From the NCBI GenBank assembly GCA_038217285.1, contig JBBQPO010000038.1:1-30158 (forward strand): 30,158 bases of DNA. The letters run 5' to 3'. Both the position numbers and the translations under genes were made by a program. A model generated the notes under the pieces. The model was given only the letters and a program-made list of their open reading frames with translations. It was not told where the DNA came from and did no database searches. Numbering within the stretch: the first letter of the stretch is position 1; each line of letters starts with the position of its first letter. This DNA is from Chthonomonadales bacterium. GTDB taxonomy: Bacteria > Armatimonadota > Chthonomonadetes > Chthonomonadales > Chthonomonadaceae. This document shows positions 17,306 through 25,981 of this stretch, in pieces.

Positions 17306-17887
17306 CTACGGACCTGGCATACTACCGCCGCTGGGTACCGCTTCGGGTCGGACGGGCGTCTTGCCGCCCATCCCACCGCCGGAACCTCCCATGCCTCCGC
17401 CTGGACGGTTCTTTGGCATGACGGGCGCACCCCCGCCTGCGCCCCCGCCAGGACGCATCGCCGCCATTTGAGCGCGGCGCTTCGCCTGCAGGGCATCGTA
17501 TTTCGTCTGTTGGTCCGGCGAGAGGAGCGCCTTGATTTTCATGTCCGCCGCCGCCCGGTTCGCTGTCATCTGCGCCCGTCGCGTCTCACGCGACATATCC
17601 TTGGGGAACGCTTTTCTTTTGGCGGCGAGATCGTCCTGAATGGCCGAAATCTGAGTCTTCTGCGCGGGAGTCAGACTTACCTCCTTGGCCATCTCATCCA
17701 TCCTCTGGGCAGGCGTCGGACCCTGGCTCTGCGCCTGTGCCCCCCCGCCGCCGGAACTTTGACTCCTCTGCGGGCCTGCACCCGCTGGCTCCGGCGCAAG
17801 TGTGGAGCGATAAGACCGGTAGGCGAGGAAAAGTGCAATGAATACGACGGGCACCATGATGATTCCGGACAGTTTCTGTTTGTCCAT
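17306..17887 (-). CDS. Membrane-anchored Spy/CpxP-like (LTxxQ) helical protein
   Basis: N-terminal hydrophobic anchor, LTPAQ and LSPDQQ motifs, Gly/Met-rich tail. ATG lies a few bases after the rsgA stop. Confidence 0.65.
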   Translation of the reverse strand: MDKQKLSGIIMVPVVFIALFLAYRSYRSTLAPEPAGAGPQRSQSSGGGGAQAQSQGPTPAQRMDEMAKEVSLTPAQKTQISAIQDDLAAKRKAFPKDMSRETRRAQMTANRAAADMKIKALLSPDQQTKYDALQAKRRAQMAAMRPGGGAGGGAPVMPKNRPGGGMGGSGGGMGGKTPVRPEAVPSGGSMPGP

Positions 17888-17892
17888 AACGA

Positions 17893-18930
17893 TTATTCCT
17901 TTTTGAGTTCGCGCGCGAGGAGGAGGAAGCTGTCGTAACGCCGCTGGGAAACCTGGCCTGCGGCGACGGCGGCTTTCAGACTGCACCCAGGCTCGTTTTC
18001 GTGCTGGCAGTTGCGGAATCGACAGGGAGTCTCCAGCGGAACCGCGAACTCAATGAAACCGTTCTGTAGCTCTTCCCGGCTCATGGCGAGAAGCTCGAGA
18101 CTGCGCAGACCTGGCGTGTCGGCTACCCATCCGCCGGTTTCCAGAGGGATCAGCTCACGGACGGTCGTGGTGTGGCGGCCTTTGAACGTGACGAGACCGA
18201 TCTCGCCGGTATTCAGCTTGAGTTCGGGCTGAACCGAATTGAGGAGGCTCGATTTCCCGACTCCGGACGGTCCGGTAAAGGCAGAAACGCGGCCGCGCAG
18301 CGCTGCGCGTAGTTCGGTGATCCCGATGTCCTGTTTGGCGCTTGTCGCCAGCACCCTGTAACCGATCCGCGCATACTCGCTAAACCGCTCCTGAAAGGTC
18401 GCTTCGTCCGTGCGGTCTCGTTTGTTGGCGATGATCATGGGTTCGAGCCCATTGCATTCGGCGGCGACGATCCAGCGGTCGATACGCCACAGGTCGGGAT
18501 TCGGCTCGACACAGGCGAACACGATGACGAGTTGATCCAGATTGGTGACCATGGTCTGCTCACGGCCTCGAAATGCGGATCTTGCAAAGCGGGTAGTACG
18601 GGGCAGAACCTCTTCGATAATACCGGTCTGCTCATCTTCGGAGGTATAGAGAACACGGTCACCGATGGCGACGACGTCGGAATGCAGGGGTTGTTTGGCG
18701 CGGGTGACGCGGCGAGGCTGGCTGCCGCTGGAGGAGTACGTAAAATTCTTCTTAAGGTTGCCGCGCAGGGTGCAGATGACGGTATGCGGGTGAACCTCTT
18801 TGTCGGCATCGGCGTGGACGACAAATTTTCCACTATGCACTTTCAGTACCAGTCCCTCATGCGTCCCGACACGAGGAGCGGTGGCGAATGGGGAGGGTTC
18901 AATCTCGGTTACAGGCGAAGTTTTCCTCAC
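17893..18930 (-). CDS. rsgA: Ribosome small subunit-dependent GTPase A
   Basis: OB fold (IGDRV), circularly permuted GTPase motifs NKRD, GPSGVGKS, GRHTT, DTPG, and zinc finger CRFRNCQHENEPGC. Confidence 0.95.
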   Translation of the reverse strand: MRKTSPVTEIEPSPFATAPRVGTHEGLVLKVHSGKFVVHADADKEVHPHTVICTLRGNLKKNFTYSSSGSQPRRVTRAKQPLHSDVVAIGDRVLYTSEDEQTGIIEEVLPRTTRFARSAFRGREQTMVTNLDQLVIVFACVEPNPDLWRIDRWIVAAECNGLEPMIIANKRDRTDEATFQERFSEYARIGYRVLATSAKQDIGITELRAALRGRVSAFTGPSGVGKSSLLNSVQPELKLNTGEIGLVTFKGRHTTTVRELIPLETGGWVADTPGLRSLELLAMSREELQNGFIEFAVPLETPCRFRNCQHENEPGCSLKAAVAAGQVSQRRYDSFLLLARELKKE

Positions 18931-19000
18931 GATAGGTGGATTCTCCTTGTCCGCGTCGGACGCGGGCGGTACACGGTTCGAATGGGATGCACGGTGTCAT
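18899..19000 (-). CDS. Putative rsgA leader peptide (33 aa, MTPCIPFEPCTARVRR...)
   Basis: AGGAGG (19014-19009) 8 nt before ATG 19000, inside the rsgA 5' UTR. Overlaps rsgA by 32 nt in another frame. Confidence 0.5.
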   Translation of the reverse strand: MTPCIPFEPCTARVRRGQGESTYREENFACNRD

Positions 19001-19099
19001 TTTGCGGCCCTCCTTCCCAGTAGATCGGACCAACCATCGAAATGGTTCGTCGTAGGGTGTTCGTCCGTGCCGAATACGGCACGAAACGACTTCTAACGA

Positions 19100-19128
19100 A
19101 GTATACAACTGTGCTGTTTGTTTGTCAA
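19100..19128 (-). promoter_or_regulatory. sigma70 promoter of rsgA
   Basis: Minus strand TTGACA (19128-19123), 17 bp, TATACT (19105-19100). Confidence 0.8.
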
Positions 19129-19171
19129 GGCAAGGTTGCCGCCTGTTTGCCGACGCGAATCGGGCGATTTC

Positions 19172-20443
19172 TCATCCGACGTAGGGAATGACGTACGGAC
19201 CGCGGGGAATGGCCAGCACGCTCGCGTCTTGTCCGTGTCGCGCGAAGGCGGCCGACAGCGCCTCTTCGACCGTGGCGGCGGGACGCACGAAACATTCGGA
19301 GAGGCGCTCTGCCGAAATACCCCCCGCGATACAGGTGATTTCAGCCTGACGCACGACTTTTGCAAGCTCTTCCACCTGCCACTCCTCCGGCAAAAACACG
19401 TCGGGCTGGGAGATATGCGCGACGAACTGCTGCAGGTCACCGGCTTCCAGAAGGGTGCGCGTAAAGAGGGGACTGCCGATTCCCTCCGCACACTCCGCTA
19501 CAATAATGATCGTGCCTCCCTGTTTTACCACCGGCAGGGCGCCGACCATGCCCTTGACCGCCTGATAGAAGGTGGTGTCCAGAGGATAGCCCGCACAGGA
19601 GGTGACCACGATGTCGGCCCGCTCCGGCGCTTCGGCGCGGACATGCCGTGCCGCGAACTCCACCCCGGTCCTCCATGCCTGTTCCAGCTCTCCCGCGAAC
19701 ACGCCGGTGATACGGTTCGCCTCGTCCAGAGTTACGTCCAGGATCATATCCGGCGGCATCATGCGCGTGATCGCCAGCGATTCGGCATGGACCGGGTTGC
19801 CGTCGACAACTCCGTTGGTCGCCAGGGGCGATTCGAGAAAGCGGGGGCAGTGCCAGCGCTGCACGGTCTCGAAATCTGCGACCCCCGGCATGACGAGCTT
19901 GCGTCCGCCGGAGTAACCAGCCATAAAGTGCGGTTCGATCAGGCCGACCGTGATTTTCAAGTCGGCGGCACAGTAGGTCTCGTCCAGGCGAACCGGAACT
20001 CCATTAGGGGAGAGACCCAGATAGCGCTGCGCCGCGCGGTCGTGGGAATCGTGGTTGACGACGCGATAGCGGGTCGCGATCTCCTCTCCGATCAGATGAT
20101 GCAGCTCGTCGCCTTCGTTGGGACGGTGGGTGCCGGTGGCGATGAGGATGGTGATTCGCTCCGCAGGGATCCCAGCGGCCTCCAGCGTCCTCAGAATCGG
20201 CGGCAGCAGCATCTTGTTGGGAACAGGACGCGTAATGTCGCAGATCACGATCACGGCGTCTCGCCGGCCGCGAGCCAGTTGCGCCAGAGGCTGCGTTCCG
20301 ATGGGAGCGGCCAGGGCAGCCTCGACCGCCGCCTGCGGATTCGCCAGGGATGGTGCCGGTGACAGGCCCAACACTCCGATAAGGTTGGCATCCGGCAGGT
20401 CCGCGATCAGTCCTGTTTTGCCATAATCGAGTCGTACGCGCAT
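19172..20443 (-). CDS. larA: LarA-family nickel-pincer-dependent racemase/epimerase
   Basis: DITRP, ATGTHR, PHFMAGYSGGRK and YQAVKG motifs. The substrate cannot be determined from sequence alone. Confidence 0.9.
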   Translation of the reverse strand: MRVRLDYGKTGLIADLPDANLIGVLGLSPAPSLANPQAAVEAALAAPIGTQPLAQLARGRRDAVIVICDITRPVPNKMLLPPILRTLEAAGIPAERITILIATGTHRPNEGDELHHLIGEEIATRYRVVNHDSHDRAAQRYLGLSPNGVPVRLDETYCAADLKITVGLIEPHFMAGYSGGRKLVMPGVADFETVQRWHCPRFLESPLATNGVVDGNPVHAESLAITRMMPPDMILDVTLDEANRITGVFAGELEQAWRTGVEFAARHVRAEAPERADIVVTSCAGYPLDTTFYQAVKGMVGALPVVKQGGTIIIVAECAEGIGSPLFTRTLLEAGDLQQFVAHISQPDVFLPEEWQVEELAKVVRQAEITCIAGGISAERLSECFVRPAATVEEALSAAFARHGQDASVLAIPRGPYVIPYVG

Positions 20444-20464
20444 TTTGTTCGTCCTCTACGGTCG

Positions 20465-21745
20465 TCAATTCTCAAGGGTTGTTTCGAGCGTTCGCAGCAG
20501 TTCACGGGCTCTGGCGCGAAAGGGGCTTTCGGGATAACGTTCCAGGAATAGCCGGGCCAGAATTTGGGCCTCTTCGTGACGGTTCAGGTAGGTCGCGTAG
20601 AGCGAAGCAACCCGTAAGAGCGCCGCTTCCGCCTCCGGGGATTCCGGGGCATAAACGGTGACGGTGCGCAGAACGTCCGCCGCCATGTCGTAGTCGCCTG
20701 CCTCCTGAAGGGCGTTGCCTAGCGTCAACAACTGTGCGGCCCCGAGTGCGAGCGCGCGGAGGCTCTGTGTGCCCTGTCGCGCGCCTCCGATCTCCCGAGC
20801 GCCGATGCCCTGACCGAGCATCTCCGCAAAAAGGCGGGCCGCCTCCTGGCGCTCATTACGCGTCAGCCGTATTCGCAACGCTTCCGTGAAGTGGTCGGCG
20901 GCATGGGCGCGGTCGTCGAGCTGCAGCCAGGCCCGCGCGATATCTCGGTGGGCATCGGCATTGTTCGGGTCATGGGCGAGCAGCGCCTCGCAGCGCCGGA
21001 TCGCTCCGCCCGGGTCCGTTCGGTCCAGAAGGAGCTTTGCATCCGACTGGAGGTAGGCGCGGCTGCCGACGTCGTCCAGGCGCAGCAAAAGACCGCAGGC
21101 CAGTCCGACCACGAAGCCCCCGGTGTGGGCCCAGTGCGCCACGCCGTCCGCCACCGCGCCGACCACGAGGGCATACACGCCTGTGCCGATTTCGACCGTC
21201 AGAAACAGCAGCACGACGAGCGTCACCTGCGGCTGAAACGGCACGCCTACGAACGCCAGTCGCGCCCGGTAGTAGCGCACCGCGAAGAGGCCGATCAGAC
21301 AGGCGCAGGCTGCCGAAGCCCCCACGATGGGTTGACCGGCTTCGAGAGGGGAGAGGGCACGCAGACTGAAGAGAACCTGAAAAATGCCGCCGACCACGCC
21401 GCCGGTCAGATAGAAAAACAACAGGCGTTTCCGCCCTACTGCCGCCTCGACCCCGGCTCCAAACACCCACAGGTAGAGCAGATTGACGAGCAGATGGGCG
21501 AAACCGTCGTGGAAGAACGAGTAGGTTAGCAGATTGAATAGGCGAAAATGCGTGGGTATCAGGCCGAAGACCAGAAGCAGGGTATGCCCCGAAGGCAGAT
21601 GGGTCGAGTGGCCGCTCGCCGTGGTAACGACGGTAACCATCGCCGTGACGACGAGCAGGCCAACGGTCACGGCGGGAAACTGTTTTGGACGACAATCACT
21701 GGCATACGGCAGCAACACAGGCGACCCACTCCCTGACGCGCTCAA
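20465..21745 (-). CDS. Rhomboid intramembrane serine protease with C-terminal TPR-like domain
   Basis: FFHDGFAHLLVNLLYLW, catalytic GAS and AHWAHTGG, followed by TPR-like helices. Start uncertain. Confidence 0.9.
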   Translation of the reverse strand: MSASGSGSPVLLPYASDCRPKQFPAVTVGLLVVTAMVTVVTTASGHSTHLPSGHTLLLVFGLIPTHFRLFNLLTYSFFHDGFAHLLVNLLYLWVFGAGVEAAVGRKRLLFFYLTGGVVGGIFQVLFSLRALSPLEAGQPIVGASAACACLIGLFAVRYYRARLAFVGVPFQPQVTLVVLLFLTVEIGTGVYALVVGAVADGVAHWAHTGGFVVGLACGLLLRLDDVGSRAYLQSDAKLLLDRTDPGGAIRRCEALLAHDPNNADAHRDIARAWLQLDDRAHAADHFTEALRIRLTRNERQEAARLFAEMLGQGIGAREIGGARQGTQSLRALALGAAQLLTLGNALQEAGDYDMAADVLRTVTVYAPESPEAEAALLRVASLYATYLNRHEEAQILARLFLERYPESPFRARARELLRTLETTLEN

Positions 21746-21851
21746 GAGTTAGACTAGACTGTGTTTGTACTTACCGTGCTGGTTTTCCTCCGTCTGTGGT
21801 CGTCTGCGCCGAAATCCGACAGGGCGGCACCAGGCCATCCTGCCCTATTCC

Positions 21852-21957
21852 CGGCAATGAATTGCCGTTCTGAGAGGGCAAGTCCGCCTTCGCGGACTCG
21901 CTGCATTGAGTCTGCGAAGGCGGACTTCCCGTTTCAGCGCGGGGCTTGAGCCCCGTG
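21852..21957. repeat. REP/REPIN-like palindrome cluster
   Basis: CGGCAAT-GA-ATTGCCG (21852-21867), 20-bp inverted repeat 21880-21899/21908-21927 with one mismatch, and CGGGGCT-TG-AGCCCCG (21940-21955). Confidence 0.65.
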
Positions 21958-22018
21958 AACAGTTTCGAAATCCGACAGCGTGGTGCCAGGCTGTCCTGCG
22001 ACAGGACGACGGTCGCGC

Positions 22019-22047
22019 TTGACCATTCGGGTTGCAGCGACTATAAT
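22019..22047 (+). promoter_or_regulatory. sigma70 promoter
   Basis: TTGACC (22019-22024), 17 bp, TATAAT (22042-22047). Confidence 0.7.
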
Positions 22048-22161
22048 GATGGCGGCCTGGTCGGCTTCTTCCAGCGGCAGAGCCATTCGGCGCGGTCGGA
22101 CTGTGTACTCTCTATTCTGGTCGCCGCAAACACGGATTGTTCTTGGGAAGGAGACGATGGA

Positions 22162-22944
22162 ATGCCTCGGTCTTTATCTGCACTGTTCGGGTTGGCGCCA
22201 CGCCGCAAAGCACGGCGCTGGGCCGTGCCCGCTCTGCTGTTAGTCTCCGGCTGCGCGGCGTTCGCGCTGGCGCAGGGGAGCCTGAAGAAACTGGTACTCA
22301 ACGGCAAGGTCGCCTCAACTCGCCTCAAAATGATCGATGGAACGGCCTATGTGCCTGTAGCCGACGTGGCACTGGCGCTCGGTCAGCCGTTGCATACGAC
22401 GGCGGACGGCTATGAAATTTCAATGCCTGGCGGCGCCAATCAGGTGAATGGACTGCAAGGCAAGTTAGGGGACGTGGTTTTCGACGGCACATGGCGGTTT
22501 CAGGTGACCGGTGTCACGGAAGCCGATAGGTACCAGGAGCGCTATACGGCGATCAGTCCATTAGAGCAGAAGCCGGGCGATAATCAGAAGCTGATTCTGG
22601 TGGACATCGTTGTGAAGAACGGCGCGAACGAGAAAAAGTATCTGCTGATGCGGGATATTCCGGAGAATCTGACCGCGCTCGCGGGCGCTGATGGTTCGTC
22701 TGTCAAGGTGGCGACCTACGATATGCGGACCGGCAGCGGTCAGCACTTCGGCGGCGGCGGCGACTGGGACAGCACGCCGGATATGCTGCCGGGCTCGCAG
22801 GCAAAGCTGACAGCCATCTTTCGTGCACCGCAGGACTTCAAGCCGAAGGATCTGATCTTCACGCTGAACTACGAGCCGAAGCGGTTCGCAAACCTGAAGC
22901 ACGTCACCCTGCGAATCTCGCTGACGCCCGCAGAGAAGCCATAG
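22162..22944 (+). CDS. Secreted hypothetical protein with a DUF4352-like beta-sandwich
   Basis: AAGGAG SD, signal-like segment, N-terminal IDGTAYVPVADVALALG motif, then a beta-rich domain (ILVDIVVKN, MLPGSQAK). The domain call is tentative. Confidence 0.6.
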   Translation: MPRSLSALFGLAPRRKARRWAVPALLLVSGCAAFALAQGSLKKLVLNGKVASTRLKMIDGTAYVPVADVALALGQPLHTTADGYEISMPGGANQVNGLQGKLGDVVFDGTWRFQVTGVTEADRYQERYTAISPLEQKPGDNQKLILVDIVVKNGANEKKYLLMRDIPENLTALAGADGSSVKVATYDMRTGSGQHFGGGGDWDSTPDMLPGSQAKLTAIFRAPQDFKPKDLIFTLNYEPKRFANLKHVTLRISLTPAEKP

Positions 22945-22988
22945 GCTTCGACCTGCCTCGCGGGGGCCGTTCTGGGGCGGCATTCGCC

Positions 22989-23033
22989 CGGAGGTGGGTG
23001 GCTCTTGCATCGGCTTGCAACCCCTCCGTTTTT
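22989..23033 (+). terminator. Possible intrinsic terminator
   Basis: CGGAGG...CCTCCG with an inner TTGCA/TGCAA helix, followed by TTTTT. The stem is interrupted. Confidence 0.4.
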
Positions 23034-23143
23034 GGGGTACTCTGTGTTGGAACATGGTCGCTCACCGATGTAGCTTGCAGCGTCGAATTTAGCAGTTTGT
23101 ACGAGCGTACGTCTCGTACTGCCGTCATGTCAGGGGAACCCTA

Positions 23144-24868
23144 ATGTCCGATTTTGCTGCTCTATCCGGTTCGCAATCCTGTGTTGAGGCTGTGCTCGCG
23201 TGCCCCTTCGATCTTGTGGCGAGGGCACAACTGGCCCTCGGTGGCTGCACCGGACTGATGAATTTGGATCGAGGAGGACAGCCTTATACCTATGCTGAGC
23301 TGCACACGGAGCCCCCGATGGCATTTCATGCCCCGTGGGACTATGCCGATGTCGCCGGCCGCTTGTTGGAAGCGCTGACCTTCGTCCATATTATGACGGG
23401 AACCACCCCGAGCGAAGCCGATGCCGCGTTCGCCTCCCTCGTGGCGTCGTGTCAGCGTGAGGACGGCCTGATCGTCTTGCCCGCAGAGGCATGGACACAC
23501 ACGGCGCCGGTCGTCGAACTCGACTGGTCGCAGCGCGGTGCGCTGATGGCCTGGACGACACGCTATCTGGCCCTCGACGACAAGGATTCCCTGCAGCGCG
23601 CCACTCGGCTCGTCCATGCTCTCTACAAGACGGTGGTCTGGGAGGGCGATACCTGCTGGTACCCGGCGTCGTTTCTGCCGGAAGGGGGCTGGACGGATCG
23701 CAAGCCTCCGATAGGCCGAATGACCGACCTGCTCATCGGCGCGCAGATCGTGTTTCCGCTCGCCCGTTTCGCAAGCGCCACGGGCAACAGCGAGGCTCTG
23801 CAGTTGGCAAAAGGGCTCATTCGCTTCCACCGCGAACGCTCCGGAGCGTTTACCGACGATGGCAAAATGACCAACACAGCAGGACGTTATCTGCATAGCA
23901 CGACCGGATTTCTGCTCGGAACCCTGAAATATGGCGTTGTCACCGGGCGTACGGAGATGGTCGATTGGGCGGAGGCTGCGTACAAGCATGTTCGCGAGTT
24001 AGGGACGGAGTTCGGATTCTTCCCGCACCGAACGCACGGCAAAGACCGCTGGAACGGTGACCTGTGCGCGACCCAGGACATGATCGAGATCGCCACCCTA
24101 CTGGGTGTGCATCGGGACCATACCTATTTCGGAGATGCAGAACGTTTCGGACGCAATCACCTGCTGGAAAGCCAGATCCTGAATCTGGACTGGGTCGATT
24201 GTAGACAGGAGGCCCCGTTCTGCCAGGATGTATGGGGCGCACGACATCCTGCGGAAGGCGTGACAACCGATGCCGTGACACAGCGGGCGGTCGGCGGTTT
24301 CGCTGGCTGGACCCGCTTCAACGATGCCTTCGATCCTGACAATCCGCGCCTGATGCAGCGCTGCAACGGCGCCGGCACTCGGGCTCTCTACGACCTCTGG
24401 CACCACTCTATCTGCCGTACCGAGAGCGCCGTCATGGTCCACGAACACTTCTCCCGCGATACCCGCTGGGCTAGCGTCACCTCCTACGTTCCTCAGACGG
24501 GCCGCGTCGAAGTGCTCATGAAGACGCGTGGCGTTCTGGCTGTGCGTGTTCCGCCCCATCTGACTACCGACCAGATCCAGGTGCATGTCAACAATGTGCG
24601 CCCTCGGCACGAGGTGCTGCGCGGGGGATATGCGTGGCTGGAAGCGCTGCAACTCGGGGATGTCGTTACGGTCGATTGGCCGCTCGAGGAGCGGGCGACG
24701 TTCTATGAGATGGATCAAGAGCGCCTGCTCGCCAACTGGCGTGGAGACACCGTCTTACGGATGGACCCCCCCGGTTCTCTGACGCCCCTCTATCGGCGCA
24801 CCACGCAGATGACGCCTGCGCCTCCGCGCGGGACGACCGGCCCGGTGAAAGAGATCGATCCCCTCTGA
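23144..24868 (+). CDS. GH127/GH146-like (alpha/alpha)6-barrel protein, divergent
   Basis: 574 aa. DLCATQDM, DAERFGRNHL, MQRCNG and a C-terminal beta region (LAVRVP, GDVVTVDWPL) resemble beta-L-arabinofuranosidase-like architecture. Confidence 0.55.
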   Translation: MSDFAALSGSQSCVEAVLACPFDLVARAQLALGGCTGLMNLDRGGQPYTYAELHTEPPMAFHAPWDYADVAGRLLEALTFVHIMTGTTPSEADAAFASLVASCQREDGLIVLPAEAWTHTAPVVELDWSQRGALMAWTTRYLALDDKDSLQRATRLVHALYKTVVWEGDTCWYPASFLPEGGWTDRKPPIGRMTDLLIGAQIVFPLARFASATGNSEALQLAKGLIRFHRERSGAFTDDGKMTNTAGRYLHSTTGFLLGTLKYGVVTGRTEMVDWAEAAYKHVRELGTEFGFFPHRTHGKDRWNGDLCATQDMIEIATLLGVHRDHTYFGDAERFGRNHLLESQILNLDWVDCRQEAPFCQDVWGARHPAEGVTTDAVTQRAVGGFAGWTRFNDAFDPDNPRLMQRCNGAGTRALYDLWHHSICRTESAVMVHEHFSRDTRWASVTSYVPQTGRVEVLMKTRGVLAVRVPPHLTTDQIQVHVNNVRPRHEVLRGGYAWLEALQLGDVVTVDWPLEERATFYEMDQERLLANWRGDTVLRMDPPGSLTPLYRRTTQMTPAPPRGTTGPVKEIDPL

Positions 24869-24914
24869 TAGCGACGACCCCTCTACAGGTGGATCTGAGA
24901 TCCCTGAAATACCG

Positions 24915-24943
24915 TTGACAGATGTGCTGTCCTATGGTATCTT
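24915..24943 (+). promoter_or_regulatory. sigma70 promoter of greA
   Basis: TTGACA (24915-24920), 17 bp, TG-g-TATCTT (-10 at 24938-24943). Confidence 0.75.
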
Positions 24944-24950
24944 AACTACG

Positions 24951-24996
24951 GTGCGAACACTTGCGCGTGAGCGAGTGCGTTCGCACTCTGTTTTTT
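24951..24996 (+). terminator. Terminator-like hairpin in the greA 5' leader (attenuator candidate)
   Basis: GTGCGAAC-ACTTGC-loop-GCGAGT-GC-GTTCGCAC followed by TCTGTTTTTT, located between the promoter and ATG 25029. Confidence 0.6.
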
Positions 24997-25028
24997 GCAC
25001 CCTAACCTCAGCGAACCGGGAGAACGGT

Positions 25029-25508
25029 ATGGAACAAGGCCAACTTATATTGACCGCCACCACCAAAAGGCAGAAGGAAGAGGAGCTTAATCGCCTCCGT
25101 TCCGTAGAGCGCCCGCTGGTGACCGAGCAGATCAAACGCGCCCGCGAGTACGGTGACCTGTCCGAGAATTTCGAGTATCAGGCGGCGCGCCAGTCGCAGG
25201 CGATATTGAATGGCAAGATCGCCGAGATCGAGGCGCTTCTGGAGCGAGCCACGATCGTAGACGATCCGGTCGGAGGCAGCGATAAAATAGGCATCGGGTC
25301 GATTGTCACCGTGAAGGATCTGGAGACGGAGGACGAATGGGAGTACATCATTGTGGATGCGACTTCCGCCGACCCGGCCAACGACCGCATCTCCTACTCC
25401 TCTCCCGTCGGGAAGGCCCTGATGAAGCGCAAGGTAGGGGAGATCGTGGAGGTCGCCATTCCGGCGGGAACGGCGAAGTACGAGATTGTGGCGATGCGAT
25501 TCGTCTAA
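25029..25508 (+). CDS. greA: Transcription elongation factor GreA
   Basis: AREYGDLSENFEYQAA acidic tip and ISYSSPVGKAL. 159 aa from ATG 25029. Confidence 0.95.
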   Translation: MEQGQLILTATTKRQKEEELNRLRSVERPLVTEQIKRAREYGDLSENFEYQAARQSQAILNGKIAEIEALLERATIVDDPVGGSDKIGIGSIVTVKDLETEDEWEYIIVDATSADPANDRISYSSPVGKALMKRKVGEIVEVAIPAGTAKYEIVAMRFV

Positions 25509-25532
25509 TCGTGGACCGAGCAGAATGGATGG

Positions 25533-25570
25533 GAATGGGGCCGGAGAAAAGCTTTTCTCCGGCCCCATTC
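25533..25570. terminator. Perfect 38-bp palindrome between convergent genes
   Basis: GAATGGGGCCGGAGAAAAG|CTTTTCTCCGGCCCCATTC. Confidence 0.6.
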
Positions 25571-25597
25571 TGCATTCGGTTCACGGCGATGCGCGAC

Positions 25598-25981
25598 TCA
25601 GGCTTCGACGAGACTGCGCGACGGCATCAGGGTACGAACGCTTTCGCTGCGTTGGCGTCGTGGGGCGGTTCGATCTGTCGGCATCTCGCGGCGAGAGCGA
25701 AGCGGCGCGACGGGCGGCAAACTCTGGTGAACCACCACTGCTGCCTGCTTGCGGCGCTGCGTCTCACGTCCGAGGTTCAGGATCTCCTGAAGGGCGCGGT
25801 GAGTCCGGGGGCCTTGCGAGAGCTCGGCGGCCTGCTCCAGGGTCCAGAACCGGGTACCGGCAGGACAGGATTCGACGACCCAGATATTCTGCTCGAGGTC
25901 GGCGACCAGGGCATAGACCATGCCGGGCGGCACCCGCAGGGTGCGTAAAACTTGTGCGATGATGGGTTTGGGCGTTACCAT
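25598..25981 (-). CDS. Hypothetical protein (127 aa)
   Basis: ATG with upstream GAGGA. The ORF fills the gap and converges on the palindrome. Globular-looking N-terminal part and Arg-rich tail; no family recognised. Confidence 0.55.
   Translation of the reverse strand: MVTPKPIIAQVLRTLRVPPGMVYALVADLEQNIWVVESCPAGTRFWTLEQAAELSQGPRTHRALQEILNLGRETQRRKQAAVVVHQSLPPVAPLRSRREMPTDRTAPRRQRSESVRTLMPSRSLVEA

Noticed and set aside
21946-22161. N-terminal extensions in the ORF track (also 1509-1562, 24915-25028, 26603-26656)
   Set aside because: They run through promoter, operator or repeat sequence, or precede a better start with an SD or family-typical N-terminus.
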